Positions 38,670 to 48,707 of a stretch of DNA of 64,000 nucleotides are shown here, piece after piece. The notes below the pieces were generated by a model that searched no databases, was not told the origin of the DNA, and worked only from the letters and a program-made list of their open reading frames with translations. The DNA lies in assembly GCA_964518475.1 (NCBI GenBank), contig CAZFGR010000001.1, forward strand, positions 32,001 to 96,000, read 5' to 3'. Both the position numbers and the translations under genes were made by a program. Source of the DNA: an uncultured Nitrososphaerota archaeon (GTDB taxonomy: Archaea; Asgardarchaeota; Njordarchaeia; Njordarchaeales; Njordarchaeaceae). The first letter of the stretch is position 1. Each line of letters opens with the position of its first letter.

Positions 38670-39686
38670 GTGAATAACATGACTATTGATGAAAATGCAT
38701 TAAGGATAATAGAGGACACAAGCAAGAGAATATCACAGATGATCGTAAGAGGCGCTACAAACATTGCTATCGAAGCTATGAAGAGTCTAGAGAGTTTTAT
38801 TAGGAACGTCCGAGACAACGCGCTGGAACTAAGTTTCTATAAAGCAGTAGAGATATTATTCAAGAGCAGACCGACAGAACCCGCAATGCAAAATGGCATT
38901 ATTTATGTCCTCGCAACATTTGAGAAAGAGAAACAGGAAACAAACTCTATATCTGAGTTAAAAAATGCCCTTATCACAGCGACACGAGAATATATAAGCC
39001 TACTTAAAACAGCTATTAATAAAATAATTGAGATTGGGTGGAGACGCGTTCCAGAAAACGGTATTGTTATGACTCATTGCCACTCATCAACTGTTGTCTC
39101 GATCCTGCAAAAAGCAAAAGATGCTGGTAAGAAATTCATTATTATTAGTTCGGAAACGAGACCCCTTTACCAAGGTCGAAAAACCTCCAAAGAACTAGGG
39201 AGCTATGGAATAAAAGTCTACCATATCGTTGACAGTGCAATGCGATGGGCCGCTAGAAAATTTAAACCTGATATGGCATTGATTGGTGCTGATGCCGTTA
39301 CTAGTACTGGCGTTGTTATAAATAAGATAGGCAGTAAACTTTTAGCACTAGTAGCCGCCGAATTCGATTTTCCCCTTTACGTCGCTACAACACTCCTAAA
39401 ACTCGATCCTAAGACTTTATTGGGTGGTTATACTCCGATAGAAATTAGAGATCCAAGAGAGGTGTGGGAAAACCCTCCCAGAAATATTGAAGTTTTAAAT
39501 CCAGCATTTGAGACAATCGATCCCAGATATATAGACGGAATAATAACTGAAGCGGGAATAATTCCCCCAGAGATCTTTCAGTTAAAATTTGAAAGCACAT
39601 ATCCTAGGATATGGAATATAATCTCCAGTGAACAGGTAAGAAAACTATTTTTTTTTAAAAACTGTTTGGGAGAGAGATTCAAATGA
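38670..39686 (+). CDS. Ribose-1,5-bisphosphate isomerase (eIF-2B alpha/beta/delta family)
   Basis: VRGA, SRPTEP, THCHSSTV, ETRP.YQG, GADAV, NKIG and NPAFE motifs. Confidence 0.88.
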   Translation: MNNMTIDENALRIIEDTSKRISQMIVRGATNIAIEAMKSLESFIRNVRDNALELSFYKAVEILFKSRPTEPAMQNGIIYVLATFEKEKQETNSISELKNALITATREYISLLKTAINKIIEIGWRRVPENGIVMTHCHSSTVVSILQKAKDAGKKFIIISSETRPLYQGRKTSKELGSYGIKVYHIVDSAMRWAARKFKPDMALIGADAVTSTGVVINKIGSKLLALVAAEFDFPLYVATTLLKLDPKTLLGGYTPIEIRDPREVWENPPRNIEVLNPAFETIDPRYIDGIITEAGIIPPEIFQLKFESTYPRIWNIISSEQVRKLFFFKNCLGERFK

Positions 39687-40783
39687 TTCCTCCCGATTTA
39701 AGAGTAAAAATAACAAGAACGGGTGCAGAAATAGAGGCTCCGCTCCCTAAGGAGGAAATTTTGAATATTATCACGTCTCAGACGATCTCACAATTTAGAA
39801 AAAAATTCCGTAGAGCATTAGTTGAGTTCTATGGAAAAAACATCTTAGCGGGTGTTAGATTCATTAAAAATCTATTCGAAAGCTTGACAAGAGCAAAAAT
39901 TCCAGACAGTATTGATGATCTCTACGCAATTATTGAAGAGACTGAAAAAACTCGCCCCGATATATTCATACACATTAATGAAAAAAAGATTACATTCGCC
40001 TCAAAAATCATTAAGACTAGTGAGAAAGAATTAGAAGACTTCTTTACAATAATCTGTACCCTAAAGAGACCCGCTCGAGGAAGCGTATATAAATTCTTTA
40101 TTAGAAAAAACCTCAGACCAATAATTAATTTCTTGGAAAAAAATCAAGAAAAACTCAATGGACTACATGAACTTCTCCTCCATGAATCAATGCTAAGAAT
40201 AGCACAGGAAACACTTAGTAAGAACATACAAGCAGAAATGTTCAGATTTCTCCCAAGAGAACAGTCGGTAATAATCAACATTAGGAAAACTCCATTGAAA
40301 TTAATAGAGATCTTCTCTCCAATAGAAGGAGATCTTCCTCCATATCCTATTATAGAAATCCTTCCCCAAATTAATGAAAAAGTCTCGGAACTTATAATTT
40401 CCTACTCAACAACAAGCGTAATGAATTATGTCACCACCTTTCTAGAAGAATATCTCAAATCCGTTGAGCCGGGAAACATTAGCCTTCATATGCTAGAAAA
40501 ATCGGATAGATTGCTTCTATCAATGATAGATAATGTATCCGTAGCCCATTTCGAAATTCTGCGCCAGGAAAACATACTAAACTCATCGCATACCCTACCT
40601 TCAAAGATTCTTGATGTAGCAATGGCTGTTCTTCGCGAGAAAATTTATACAAAAATAATTATTAGCAAAAACATCCAGTTACAGCTTCACGCATATCCTC
40701 AGACAAAATTCATTACACTAGATGAGAATTGGTCGGAATTTATTAAAGAGGAGATAAAATCGTTAAAAACGAAAATCGGTTGA
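39683..40783 (+). CDS. Hypothetical protein
   Basis: 366-aa ORF that overlaps both neighbours; no recognised motif. Confidence 0.65.
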   Translation: MIPPDLRVKITRTGAEIEAPLPKEEILNIITSQTISQFRKKFRRALVEFYGKNILAGVRFIKNLFESLTRAKIPDSIDDLYAIIEETEKTRPDIFIHINEKKITFASKIIKTSEKELEDFFTIICTLKRPARGSVYKFFIRKNLRPIINFLEKNQEKLNGLHELLLHESMLRIAQETLSKNIQAEMFRFLPREQSVIINIRKTPLKLIEIFSPIEGDLPPYPIIEILPQINEKVSELIISYSTTSVMNYVTTFLEEYLKSVEPGNISLHMLEKSDRLLLSMIDNVSVAHFEILRQENILNSSHTLPSKILDVAMAVLREKIYTKIIISKNIQLQLHAYPQTKFITLDENWSEFIKEEIKSLKTKIG

Positions 40784-41793
40784 TAATCATGAAAAACCCT
40801 AGTAAGTGTTTTCTATGCCCCCATGAGTGTGAGGACGTTAGCGATCTAGTTAATGGTCTTTGTTACATAATAGGCCGAGAGAAAACAAGAGGAATAAACA
40901 CCGTCTCTGCCGAAATTGTAAACGTTGAATCAGCTGGTTTTTTTCATTTTTTTCCCGGACATGAAGCTGTGAAGATTGCTCTCCCCGGATGCAACTTGCG
41001 ATGTCTCTTCTGTGATTACTTGGGTGGAGAGAAAAATTGGATCGTTATCTCAGAACTTGAGAAAAAACTTTCTCTTTTGCTTGAAAAGAGTTCTCCACTG
41101 ATATTATTTCTGGATTGCAGTTTCTCTATACTTCCTCCAGAACCATTGACGAGGATTATAAAATGGAAGAAAGTGTATAGGGGCGATGTCTGGATAATCC
41201 ACGCAACAAACGGTTTTGTTGACGAGAATCACTTTAAGAGCATTATTGAGCATCTGGACGCTCTCCTCGTAAAATTTTTTGGATTCTCGGATGAAGCTTA
41301 CGGGAGGCTCACGATTACGCCACGGGCTTGGAAGTATGCACAAAAAATTGTTGAGAGAGTACTTGAGAGAGGTCCTCTACTTGAACTATCATATACTATT
41401 GTCCCTGGCTTTAATGAAAAAGACTACAAGGAGTTCTTAAACTGGTTATCGTCGCTTAGACAATTTGATATACCACTTCATATTAGACGATTTTATCCAA
41501 AACATTTGTTAAAGAATAAAGCACCTACACGAACCAAGATTCTCATGGACGCTTTTAAGGAAGCCAAAAAGATGGGTTTTAATTACGTCTATATCGACGA
41601 TATATACGAAGGCGTACCCAGAAATACTTATTGTCCTAATGACAGAACCCTCTTAATACGGAGAGTAGGATATTTCGTAGAGAACACAGGAATCATCGAA
41701 TCAAAATGTAAAAAGTGTGGAAAAAGAATTAATGTTTTTGGAAAAATAAAGGAAACGGACATAAGAAGCATATTAAAACTTCCAGGAGAATGA
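40780..41793 (+). CDS. Radical SAM protein (divergent AmmeMemoRadiSam / PFL-activase-like)
   Basis: GCNLRCLFC, FFHFFPG, IVPGFN, PLHI.RFYP and NTYCP...CKKCG motifs. Confidence 0.8.
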   Translation: MIIMKNPSKCFLCPHECEDVSDLVNGLCYIIGREKTRGINTVSAEIVNVESAGFFHFFPGHEAVKIALPGCNLRCLFCDYLGGEKNWIVISELEKKLSLLLEKSSPLILFLDCSFSILPPEPLTRIIKWKKVYRGDVWIIHATNGFVDENHFKSIIEHLDALLVKFFGFSDEAYGRLTITPRAWKYAQKIVERVLERGPLLELSYTIVPGFNEKDYKEFLNWLSSLRQFDIPLHIRRFYPKHLLKNKAPTRTKILMDAFKEAKKMGFNYVYIDDIYEGVPRNTYCPNDRTLLIRRVGYFVENTGIIESKCKKCGKRINVFGKIKETDIRSILKLPGE

Positions 41794-42413
41794 TTCTAAT
41801 GAGTGACAATAGAAATGATAGCACTCTCATCAATATAAAGGAAGCAATTAACGATCACGTTGTTATCAGATTTGATAAACATCTAAGACAAACCATAATT
41901 AAGCTAGAACTACACTTGATGAGATTACCTAATAACTATTTCTTAACAATCTTTAAGCATTGCCTAGATATATGGATTCGCCGCCCTCTCCCTCTGTTTA
42001 ACATAAAGGCAGGTCCAAGTGATAGAAACTGGTCTTTGAGAATAAGAGAGGAAAAGCGGGTCTTTCGGATACTTAAAAAGCATAACCCGTTCAGCAATAT
42101 TATCTCTTACCAATTATTAGAAAATGCTGATTCGAAGGGGAAGAAATGGATCCTCATTTACTTAGATACATTAACTTATCAGCCTAAACACGTCGAAATA
42201 ACGATTCCTAATAATTATCCTCGAACACCCCCGGTAGTACACAGCCATGAGATAAAAAAGTTAGATCAGTGCCTCAACAAAGCGGATGAAAATATAGCGT
42301 CCCTATGGAGGAAAGATGGTAGATACGGTATTCCTCATTTTTTGGCATACTTTTTTTCTCCTTTGCTATATATGACCGCTTCTATTTTAAAAATAAGAAA
42401 AATATTCCAATAA
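41790..42413 (+). CDS. UFC1-like E2 conjugating enzyme
   Basis: LPLFNIKAGPSDRNWSLRIREE, GKKW, IPNNYPRTPP, a Cys in DQCL and LW....YGIPHFLA...P align in order with remembered UFC1 motifs. Confidence 0.75.
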   Translation: MILMSDNRNDSTLINIKEAINDHVVIRFDKHLRQTIIKLELHLMRLPNNYFLTIFKHCLDIWIRRPLPLFNIKAGPSDRNWSLRIREEKRVFRILKKHNPFSNIISYQLLENADSKGKKWILIYLDTLTYQPKHVEITIPNNYPRTPPVVHSHEIKKLDQCLNKADENIASLWRKDGRYGIPHFLAYFFSPLLYMTASILKIRKIFQ

Positions 42414-42578
42414 GTTTTTAAAAAAATATACAAGCGATATAGTTATTATTACCGTTTTTATAGTCCATATAATACTGGTTTGCTATTGAATATACCTATG
42501 TATACTCATGGAAGTTTTATATATACAGAAAAACTGACTAGTTGTAGTAGACTATAAACCTTCTCAACAGGGTTTAAA

Positions 42579-43646
42579 ATGTCCATGAGAACTCTCTTAA
42601 AACTGGGAAAATCAAGCTTGGTAGTTGTTTTGCCAAAAGACTGGCTTAATGAAATGGGACTCAAAAACGGGGATAAAGTACTAGTAAAACAGGAAGACGA
42701 TGGAAGCCTAAAAATAATCCCTGCGAATATTTCTATTAGCGGTTCATCAAATAGCACACGATTGGTTGTTAACGTTGATAAATGCAAGGATATAGGTCTC
42801 GTAACTAGACTCTTAATTGCTAATTATTTAATAGGGAACGATTCTATAATCATACACGCACGACGCGGAGGCATACCTCCAAACGTTTTAAAGGAAGTAA
42901 GAGATATCATCTCTAAGCTCCGCGGTTTCGAAATAATAGAGCAAAAACCCAATAGGCTTCTCTTACAATGCGTTACGGATGCAACGAGCTTTTCTATAGA
43001 TAACCTAATTGGACGAATGCTTTCCCTACTTCTATCAATGATTGATTATTTGAGACGAGGTCTTTCTGAGCAGAAAAGAGATTATTTCCAAGAAGCCATA
43101 TTCATAGAGGAAGAAATCGACAGAATATATTGGTTCGGTGTCCGTCAATTAATAATGGTTCAGAAAAATAGAGCACTAGCCAAACTCGTTGGTCTAGAAT
43201 CCACGCTACACATAGTAGGTAATAGAGCAATACTGAAATCGCTTGAATTGGCTGGAGATTACGTAGAAGAGATGGCCAGAGACCTTTCTAAACTTGATCT
43301 AGAGAAATTATCCCATCTCTCAGGAATAATAGGTAAAATATGCGACTTGATAAATGTAATAGAAGACATTATAAGCGATGCCGTCCGTACATATAATGGC
43401 CTCGATATATTCCTTGCAAACGCTGTACTAGAAAAGATTAGGGAGATCACTGAAACAGCTCACTCACTAAGCGAGGAAATCATGAATAGGTGCAGAGATG
43501 TAAAGACAGGCGTTATTCTGGTCAAGCTACTCACTAGATTATCTGACATGGCTAAAAGCATAGGCACTGTATGTGAAATTATTCTAAATAGAGCAATGGA
43601 AAACCCAAGCAAGGGTCTACAAAACTGCATCTACAGAGAACTATGA
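42579..43646 (+). CDS. AbrB-PhoU phosphate uptake regulator
   Basis: RTLLKLGKSSLVVVLPKDW AbrB domain; EEEIDRIY and LELAGDY PhoU repeats. Confidence 0.9.
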   Translation: MSMRTLLKLGKSSLVVVLPKDWLNEMGLKNGDKVLVKQEDDGSLKIIPANISISGSSNSTRLVVNVDKCKDIGLVTRLLIANYLIGNDSIIIHARRGGIPPNVLKEVRDIISKLRGFEIIEQKPNRLLLQCVTDATSFSIDNLIGRMLSLLLSMIDYLRRGLSEQKRDYFQEAIFIEEEIDRIYWFGVRQLIMVQKNRALAKLVGLESTLHIVGNRAILKSLELAGDYVEEMARDLSKLDLEKLSHLSGIIGKICDLINVIEDIISDAVRTYNGLDIFLANAVLEKIREITETAHSLSEEIMNRCRDVKTGVILVKLLTRLSDMAKSIGTVCEIILNRAMENPSKGLQNCIYREL

Positions 43647-43834
43647 AACTATCTTTCCTTTCCTCATATCATAGCATTTCCTAAGCGACGACAGTCGAGG
43701 CCAAAAGTAATTTTATAAACCTTGCCATACATATCTGACTATACAGGATATATACATTATTAAAAAAATAATACAACGTGCAGAAGTTAAATATAGCAAC
43801 TTATCTCTGAGCTCTCCAATAGAGGTCTAAAAAA

Positions 43835-44875
43835 ATGCTAAGAAGAAAACTTGTCAAGCTTGGAAAATCCAGTCTCGTAGTCTCACTACCAAAAGAATGG
43901 ATAAATAACCTGAATCTTAACGCTGGAGATGAAGTCTCGATAACTTATTCTGAAGACGGATCCTTGATTATAACGCCAGCAAAATTCGCCATGCGTAAGA
44001 GGATATTGCCTCTTCTAATCGATATTACTAATTGTGATGAACCGCACCTAATTGAACGATTGATCATAGCAGCTTACGTTGTTGGAAAAGATCCTATTAT
44101 TATTAAATCCGAGAGAGGGCTTTCTTCATCTCAGTTACGAGAAATAAGAACAGTGATCAATAATATTAGGGGCTTAGAAATCGTGAAAGAAGACGAGAAA
44201 AACATTGTTCTCAGATCCTTCCTAGATCCTACGAAGTATCCTCTGACGGGACTCATCAAAAGGATAATTAACCTAGTTCAAGCAATGCTTGAGTTCTTAA
44301 TCGAAGCTTTGAGGAGAAAAAATAAGAGCTATTTAGAAGAGCTTTTATATATTGAAGAAGAAGTTGATAGACTTTACTTCTCTACCCTGAGACAGATATT
44401 CTTAGCCGCTAAAATCAGAGAAATAGCCGAATCTATTGGAATAAAACGAAATATAGAGATTATGAGCTTGAAAACAATTATCAAAGTTTTCGAGCTTCTT
44501 GCTGATGATTTAGCAAAAATAGCACGTTCAGCATTAAATCTAATAGAGAGCGGGGAGAATATTCTAGAAACTAATATGCATGAATTCATTAACTTTCTAG
44601 CAGATATCTCATCCCTATTCAACTTCGTTTCTAAAATGATTCTCTACAACAACGCTAGCTTAACCAATGAACTCCTCAACAAACTAGAAGATTTGCTGAA
44701 AGAGTATAGTGCACTGGATACACTATTCGCTACAAAAATAAAAAACGAAAAAGTTCTGAAATGGCTTAAGGAAGCTCTCTGGGGATTAATGATATTTACC
44801 GATATGTTAAGAATAATCGCAGAGATCTCGATTAACATTATAATTGATCGTGCTGAAAATAAATTTGAGTGTTAG
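43835..44875 (+). CDS. AbrB-PhoU phosphate uptake regulator (tandem paralog)
   Basis: RKLVKLGKSSLVVSLPKEW and EEEVDRLY motifs. Confidence 0.9.
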   Translation: MLRRKLVKLGKSSLVVSLPKEWINNLNLNAGDEVSITYSEDGSLIITPAKFAMRKRILPLLIDITNCDEPHLIERLIIAAYVVGKDPIIIKSERGLSSSQLREIRTVINNIRGLEIVKEDEKNIVLRSFLDPTKYPLTGLIKRIINLVQAMLEFLIEALRRKNKSYLEELLYIEEEVDRLYFSTLRQIFLAAKIREIAESIGIKRNIEIMSLKTIIKVFELLADDLAKIARSALNLIESGENILETNMHEFINFLADISSLFNFVSKMILYNNASLTNELLNKLEDLLKEYSALDTLFATKIKNEKVLKWLKEALWGLMIFTDMLRIIAEISINIIIDRAENKFEC

Positions 44876-44931
44876 TTAATTACCCTAAGTTCCAAAGTAC
44901 AAGTAATTCACTTAGACTGGGGACTCAAACG

Positions 44932-45714
44932 ATGCCCATAATTCTCCACACAATATTCATTCAACGATCTGATGGTTCGCCTGTAGTAGTATGCGGGAAA
45001 ACGACCAGAGACCCAACAATGCTCGCTGCCTTAGTAACAGCACTTAAGGAACTTAGCGAAGAACTGTCTCTTAACAATGCGCGACAAGCTAATAGGGCTA
45101 ATATCACATTCCATAACTTCGGGGACTACTTTCTCGCCATGATTAACAGAGGAGACTTGATAGCTGCGATAGTAACGGACACAACAGAGATCCAAGTGAT
45201 CGGAGAGATAATCTCCCTACTCTCGAGACTTTTTAGAGAATTCGAAGATAGTATATGGGACAGACTTGATGAGAAAAAACGAGAAATTGGACTTGTACCA
45301 AATGAGTATTACCGAGAGTATATTCAGGGGATCCTTGATCTCATAACCCGGGATACGAATTGGCGAGGAAAAGTCTTTATATCCCCCTTCTTCATAGCAA
45401 GCGATGCTGGCTTAATAGCCATAGATCATCTACTACTAGAATTAATCCAACGCTTAAATAAGGTACTTGGTCCAAAACTAGCCTTCAAATTCCTGAAAAA
45501 TTTATCAATAAAGCTAGGAATTACCGATCTATTGCTAATTAAGTATGGGAAGGAGAAGAAAAATATTGAACACACTATTTCTATTCAGGAATATTCAGAA
45601 GAAGTTGAAGAACTTCTCCAAAAGTTAGCAACCTACTACCTAAAAATCATAAAACAGATACAAAAAGCACTCCACATAAGAGGTTTAGAATTTTTAGCTG
45701 TAATCCAGTTATAG
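44932..45714 (+). CDS. Longin-like domain protein
   Basis: From ATG 44932: beta-beta (IFIQRSDGSPV), helix (DPTMLAALVTAL..LSEEL), three strands (FGDYFLAMINRGDLIAAIVTD), helix (LLSRLFREFE), i.e. longin topology. Confidence 0.6.
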   Translation: MPIILHTIFIQRSDGSPVVVCGKTTRDPTMLAALVTALKELSEELSLNNARQANRANITFHNFGDYFLAMINRGDLIAAIVTDTTEIQVIGEIISLLSRLFREFEDSIWDRLDEKKREIGLVPNEYYREYIQGILDLITRDTNWRGKVFISPFFIASDAGLIAIDHLLLELIQRLNKVLGPKLAFKFLKNLSIKLGITDLLLIKYGKEKKNIEHTISIQEYSEEVEELLQKLATYYLKIIKQIQKALHIRGLEFLAVIQL

Positions 45715-45718
45715 AAGG

Positions 45719-46093
45719 GTGCTTATTATGGAAGAAACTCAGGCAATCCGCGATTTCTTACTAATCATCAAGCAGATCCTCGAGTTTATTGGTCGTTACC
45801 CATTAATATTTACCTTTATTACCCTAGCTCTCGTATTGGTTCTCATTGTTGTTATAGTTGCCAGTGCTTTTAAGATCGGTATAAGAGGCGGAGCCCTACC
45901 ACGAATTCTAGCATATTCAATAATATTCTTTATTTTAGAAACGCTGATTGTGTTAGTCTTTACATTTAGTAAGAACATTGAAACACAGTACTTGCTGAGA
46001 GGCGGATTGCAGGCGATGACGATCTTGTCTTTTACGTTCATGCTTGCAATTCTACTGGAGCTATGGAAAGTCTATAAAATATTAACGCGGTAA
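45719..46093 (+). CDS. Small hypothetical membrane protein (about 3 TM)
   Basis: Hydrophobic helices; starts 4 nt after the longin-like gene. Confidence 0.7.
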   Translation: MLIMEETQAIRDFLLIIKQILEFIGRYPLIFTFITLALVLVLIVVIVASAFKIGIRGGALPRILAYSIIFFILETLIVLVFTFSKNIETQYLLRGGLQAMTILSFTFMLAILLELWKVYKILTR

Positions 46094-46094
46094 G

Positions 46095-46664
46095 GTGTTA
46101 GCGATAGTTGTTGTATTTGATTTAGAAGGAGTTCTGATCGATAATCACAAGAGACTAAGGCACGCTCTCAGAAAACTAAGCGTTAACTCGATTAATGATA
46201 TTCCGATGAGTAAGAAGACCTTATTCTGGAAAATATATTTCGATCCAAACCTAGCAGAGAGACTTGATAGCGTGAATTTGGACGCATTAAAAATCTTGCT
46301 TAAGAAAAAGGCGGAGGGATATAAAATAGCCATTATATCGGGTGCACCAAAAGAAATAGTTAACATAGGTTTAAGAAAACTTCGAGAAATAGCTGAAAAA
46401 GAAAACCATAAACTTGGGATAGACTACGTTTTCTGGCGTCCTCCGGGGGATAAACGAAAAGCGAGTGCATTTAAGCTTGATGTTGCAAAGCGCTTGAAAA
46501 CTTTATTTCGAGAAGAAATTGTTGAAATTCATGACGATGATTATAACGTTATCGAAAGCTTTAGAAAAATTGGTGTTAAGACTTATTATTGGAGGAACTT
46601 AAAACTGGTTAATGATGAATCCCTCGTGGACCGAAAAGAGCATGAAGACCGCGACCTACGCTGA
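46095..46664 (+). CDS. HAD-superfamily hydrolase
   Basis: VVFDLEGVL motif I variant, IISG, FK and HDDD motif IV. Confidence 0.8.
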   Translation: MLAIVVVFDLEGVLIDNHKRLRHALRKLSVNSINDIPMSKKTLFWKIYFDPNLAERLDSVNLDALKILLKKKAEGYKIAIISGAPKEIVNIGLRKLREIAEKENHKLGIDYVFWRPPGDKRKASAFKLDVAKRLKTLFREEIVEIHDDDYNVIESFRKIGVKTYYWRNLKLVNDESLVDRKEHEDRDLR

Positions 46665-46665
46665 C

Positions 46666-47226
46666 TTATCTTCTCCACCTCTTACTTACTTCTTCAGCCC
46701 TAACAATAGATATTGCAGCAATGTCTCCAAGAATATTTATTATCACCACGTATTCTGGATTCTCCAAATCTACTGGATAAAAAATAGGTTCAGCAACCTT
46801 CTTAATAAACTCCATTCTGTTAATCCTGTACCCTCGCGTCTTCAACGTTATTCTCCACTTACCCCGTATCCTATGTTTCAGCTTCTCAAGAGCCTTCTTG
46901 ACGCATTCTGCGTCCGTAGGTACTATCGCGTCTAGAATAAGTATTCGTCTAATATATCTAATCCGTCCCTGCTTCTGTCTTTCTTGAAAAAGCTCAATAA
47001 ACTTTCTTCTTAGTTCCTCCTTCGTTTCCTCATCTAATTGTTTAATGATTTTACGCAGATCCAGTAATATAAGTCCTTTAAAACCCCCCGGCCTCAACTG
47101 AGCCTCAACATTTTTTAAAAATGGATACTCCCGCGCAAGTTCATATATTATGTTCTGTAACTCCATCTTCGCCTCAAAACTCCGCTCACGAGGCACTAAT
47201 TCGTAGCTAGCGAGTATACCCTCCAA
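46666..47226 (-). CDS. THUMP-domain RNA-binding protein
   Basis: WRITLKTRG and PVDLENPEYVVIINILG motifs. Confidence 0.85.
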   Translation of the reverse strand: MEGILASYELVPRERSFEAKMELQNIIYELAREYPFLKNVEAQLRPGGFKGLILLDLRKIIKQLDEETKEELRRKFIELFQERQKQGRIRYIRRILILDAIVPTDAECVKKALEKLKHRIRGKWRITLKTRGYRINRMEFIKKVAEPIFYPVDLENPEYVVIINILGDIAAISIVRAEEVSKRWRR

Positions 47227-47235
47227 TTCTATCCC

Positions 47236-48006
47236 TCAACCCCGAAGCCCGAGATAGTCCAAGAAATCTAGAGCATTTTGAACCATTCTCACATTATTGA
47301 ACATGAAATACACTTTTTCAACTCCCTTGTCTTGCAAAAGTCTTATTAGTTTTCTGAGCTCCTCGAAATCCTCTCTTGAATATTCATACCTATAGTTTAG
47401 ATATGGTTTTCCATGAAGTCTAAAATAAACTATATCCTTCACAACCACCTGTTCGTGGAAAAATGGATCAACAATATGGATTAGCGAAGGATTCTCCTCA
47501 AAAATTTCTTGAAGAACCCCTTTGTTCTCTTCTTTTAACCAGTCCCCCCTTGGCTCCCATCCTATAAACGAGTTCACTCCTTCGCTTCCTAATAATTGTG
47601 AGAAATAGCTGAAAAATTCTCGAGCAGCGTCTATATTATCTTTTGTAGGTTTAAAACTAGCAGGAGTTTGAACGACTATCACGGGTGATTTAAGTATCTT
47701 CGCGAATTCAGCCATTATTTGCATCCATTCTCGCGTCAAAGCATTTACCTGTAGATTCCCGACTAATTTTTTCTGATCATCTGTTAGTTTCCCTCTAAAA
47801 CGCCTCCAAGTGGGACTTTTCGCACCATGAGTTAATCCTTGAAATACCTTGAAGCAGAATTCAAAATCTTGAGGAGCTTCTTTACGCCATTTTTCAACTG
47901 TCCTCTTCTGGGGAATATTATAAAATGTTTGCTGAACCTCTACAACGTTGAAAAGGTTATACATCTTCTTGGTAAAGGAACATACACCGACCCTTACAAG
48001 CACCAT
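47236..48006 (-). CDS. DUF72 family protein
   Basis: VEVQQTFY, QTPASF, WEPRG, HIVDPF, YFRLHG and MFNN motifs. Confidence 0.92.
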   Translation of the reverse strand: MVLVRVGVCSFTKKMYNLFNVVEVQQTFYNIPQKRTVEKWRKEAPQDFEFCFKVFQGLTHGAKSPTWRRFRGKLTDDQKKLVGNLQVNALTREWMQIMAEFAKILKSPVIVVQTPASFKPTKDNIDAAREFFSYFSQLLGSEGVNSFIGWEPRGDWLKEENKGVLQEIFEENPSLIHIVDPFFHEQVVVKDIVYFRLHGKPYLNYRYEYSREDFEELRKLIRLLQDKGVEKVYFMFNNVRMVQNALDFLDYLGLRG

Positions 48007-48085
48007 AAATAATCACGCCTCGAAAACATAGTTTATCAGTTAGGATAAATAAGCTATACCATGTATTTAATAGTAGGAATAGAGG

Positions 48086-48688
48086 GTGCATCCGAAGATG
48101 CCACGAAACAGCAAGATGATCTCCTTGAGCAAGTTTCTATCCCTTCTCCTTAGACATAGACCGGATCTCCTTGACTTAAAAATGCGGAAAGATGGTTTTG
48201 TACGTGTTGAGGAACTACTAAGAAAAGTAAGGAAACGGCCAGGATTCGGTTGGGTGACTGAAGAGGACATAAAATTCCTTGTGAAGAATGACCCAAAACA
48301 ACGCTTTGAACTGAAATACGAGAACGGAGAATTATTTATTCGAGCAAGATACGGCCATAGTAAAGCTCTAAAGATAAATGTGCGATATAATCCTGTGAAA
48401 CTAGGAAAAATAAAATATCTCTATCATGGTACTAGAGCAGACGTACTGCCTTGGATTTTGAGAGAAGGATTAAAACCCATGGCTAGAAAATACGTACACC
48501 TCTCTCCCACACCCGCCGATGCCATGGAAGTAGCTAAGAGGAGAAAAGGTAAACCAGTTATCCTACAGATTGATGTGGAGGAATTCCTTAAAGATGGAGG
48601 AAAAATATGGAAAGCTACAGAAAAAGTCTATCTAGCTAAGGAAATCCCCCCAAAATATATCAAGATATACAAATACGGTTATGACTAA
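48086..48688 (+). CDS. kptA: RNA 2'-phosphotransferase (Tpt1/KptA)
   Basis: SKFLSLLLRH, K.RFE, IRARYGHS, LYHGT and R.YVHLS motifs; start probably ATG 48098. Confidence 0.95.
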   Translation: MHPKMPRNSKMISLSKFLSLLLRHRPDLLDLKMRKDGFVRVEELLRKVRKRPGFGWVTEEDIKFLVKNDPKQRFELKYENGELFIRARYGHSKALKINVRYNPVKLGKIKYLYHGTRADVLPWILREGLKPMARKYVHLSPTPADAMEVAKRRKGKPVILQIDVEEFLKDGGKIWKATEKVYLAKEIPPKYIKIYKYGYD

Positions 48689-48707
48689 TCACCAGATAGA
48701 ATAGTGA

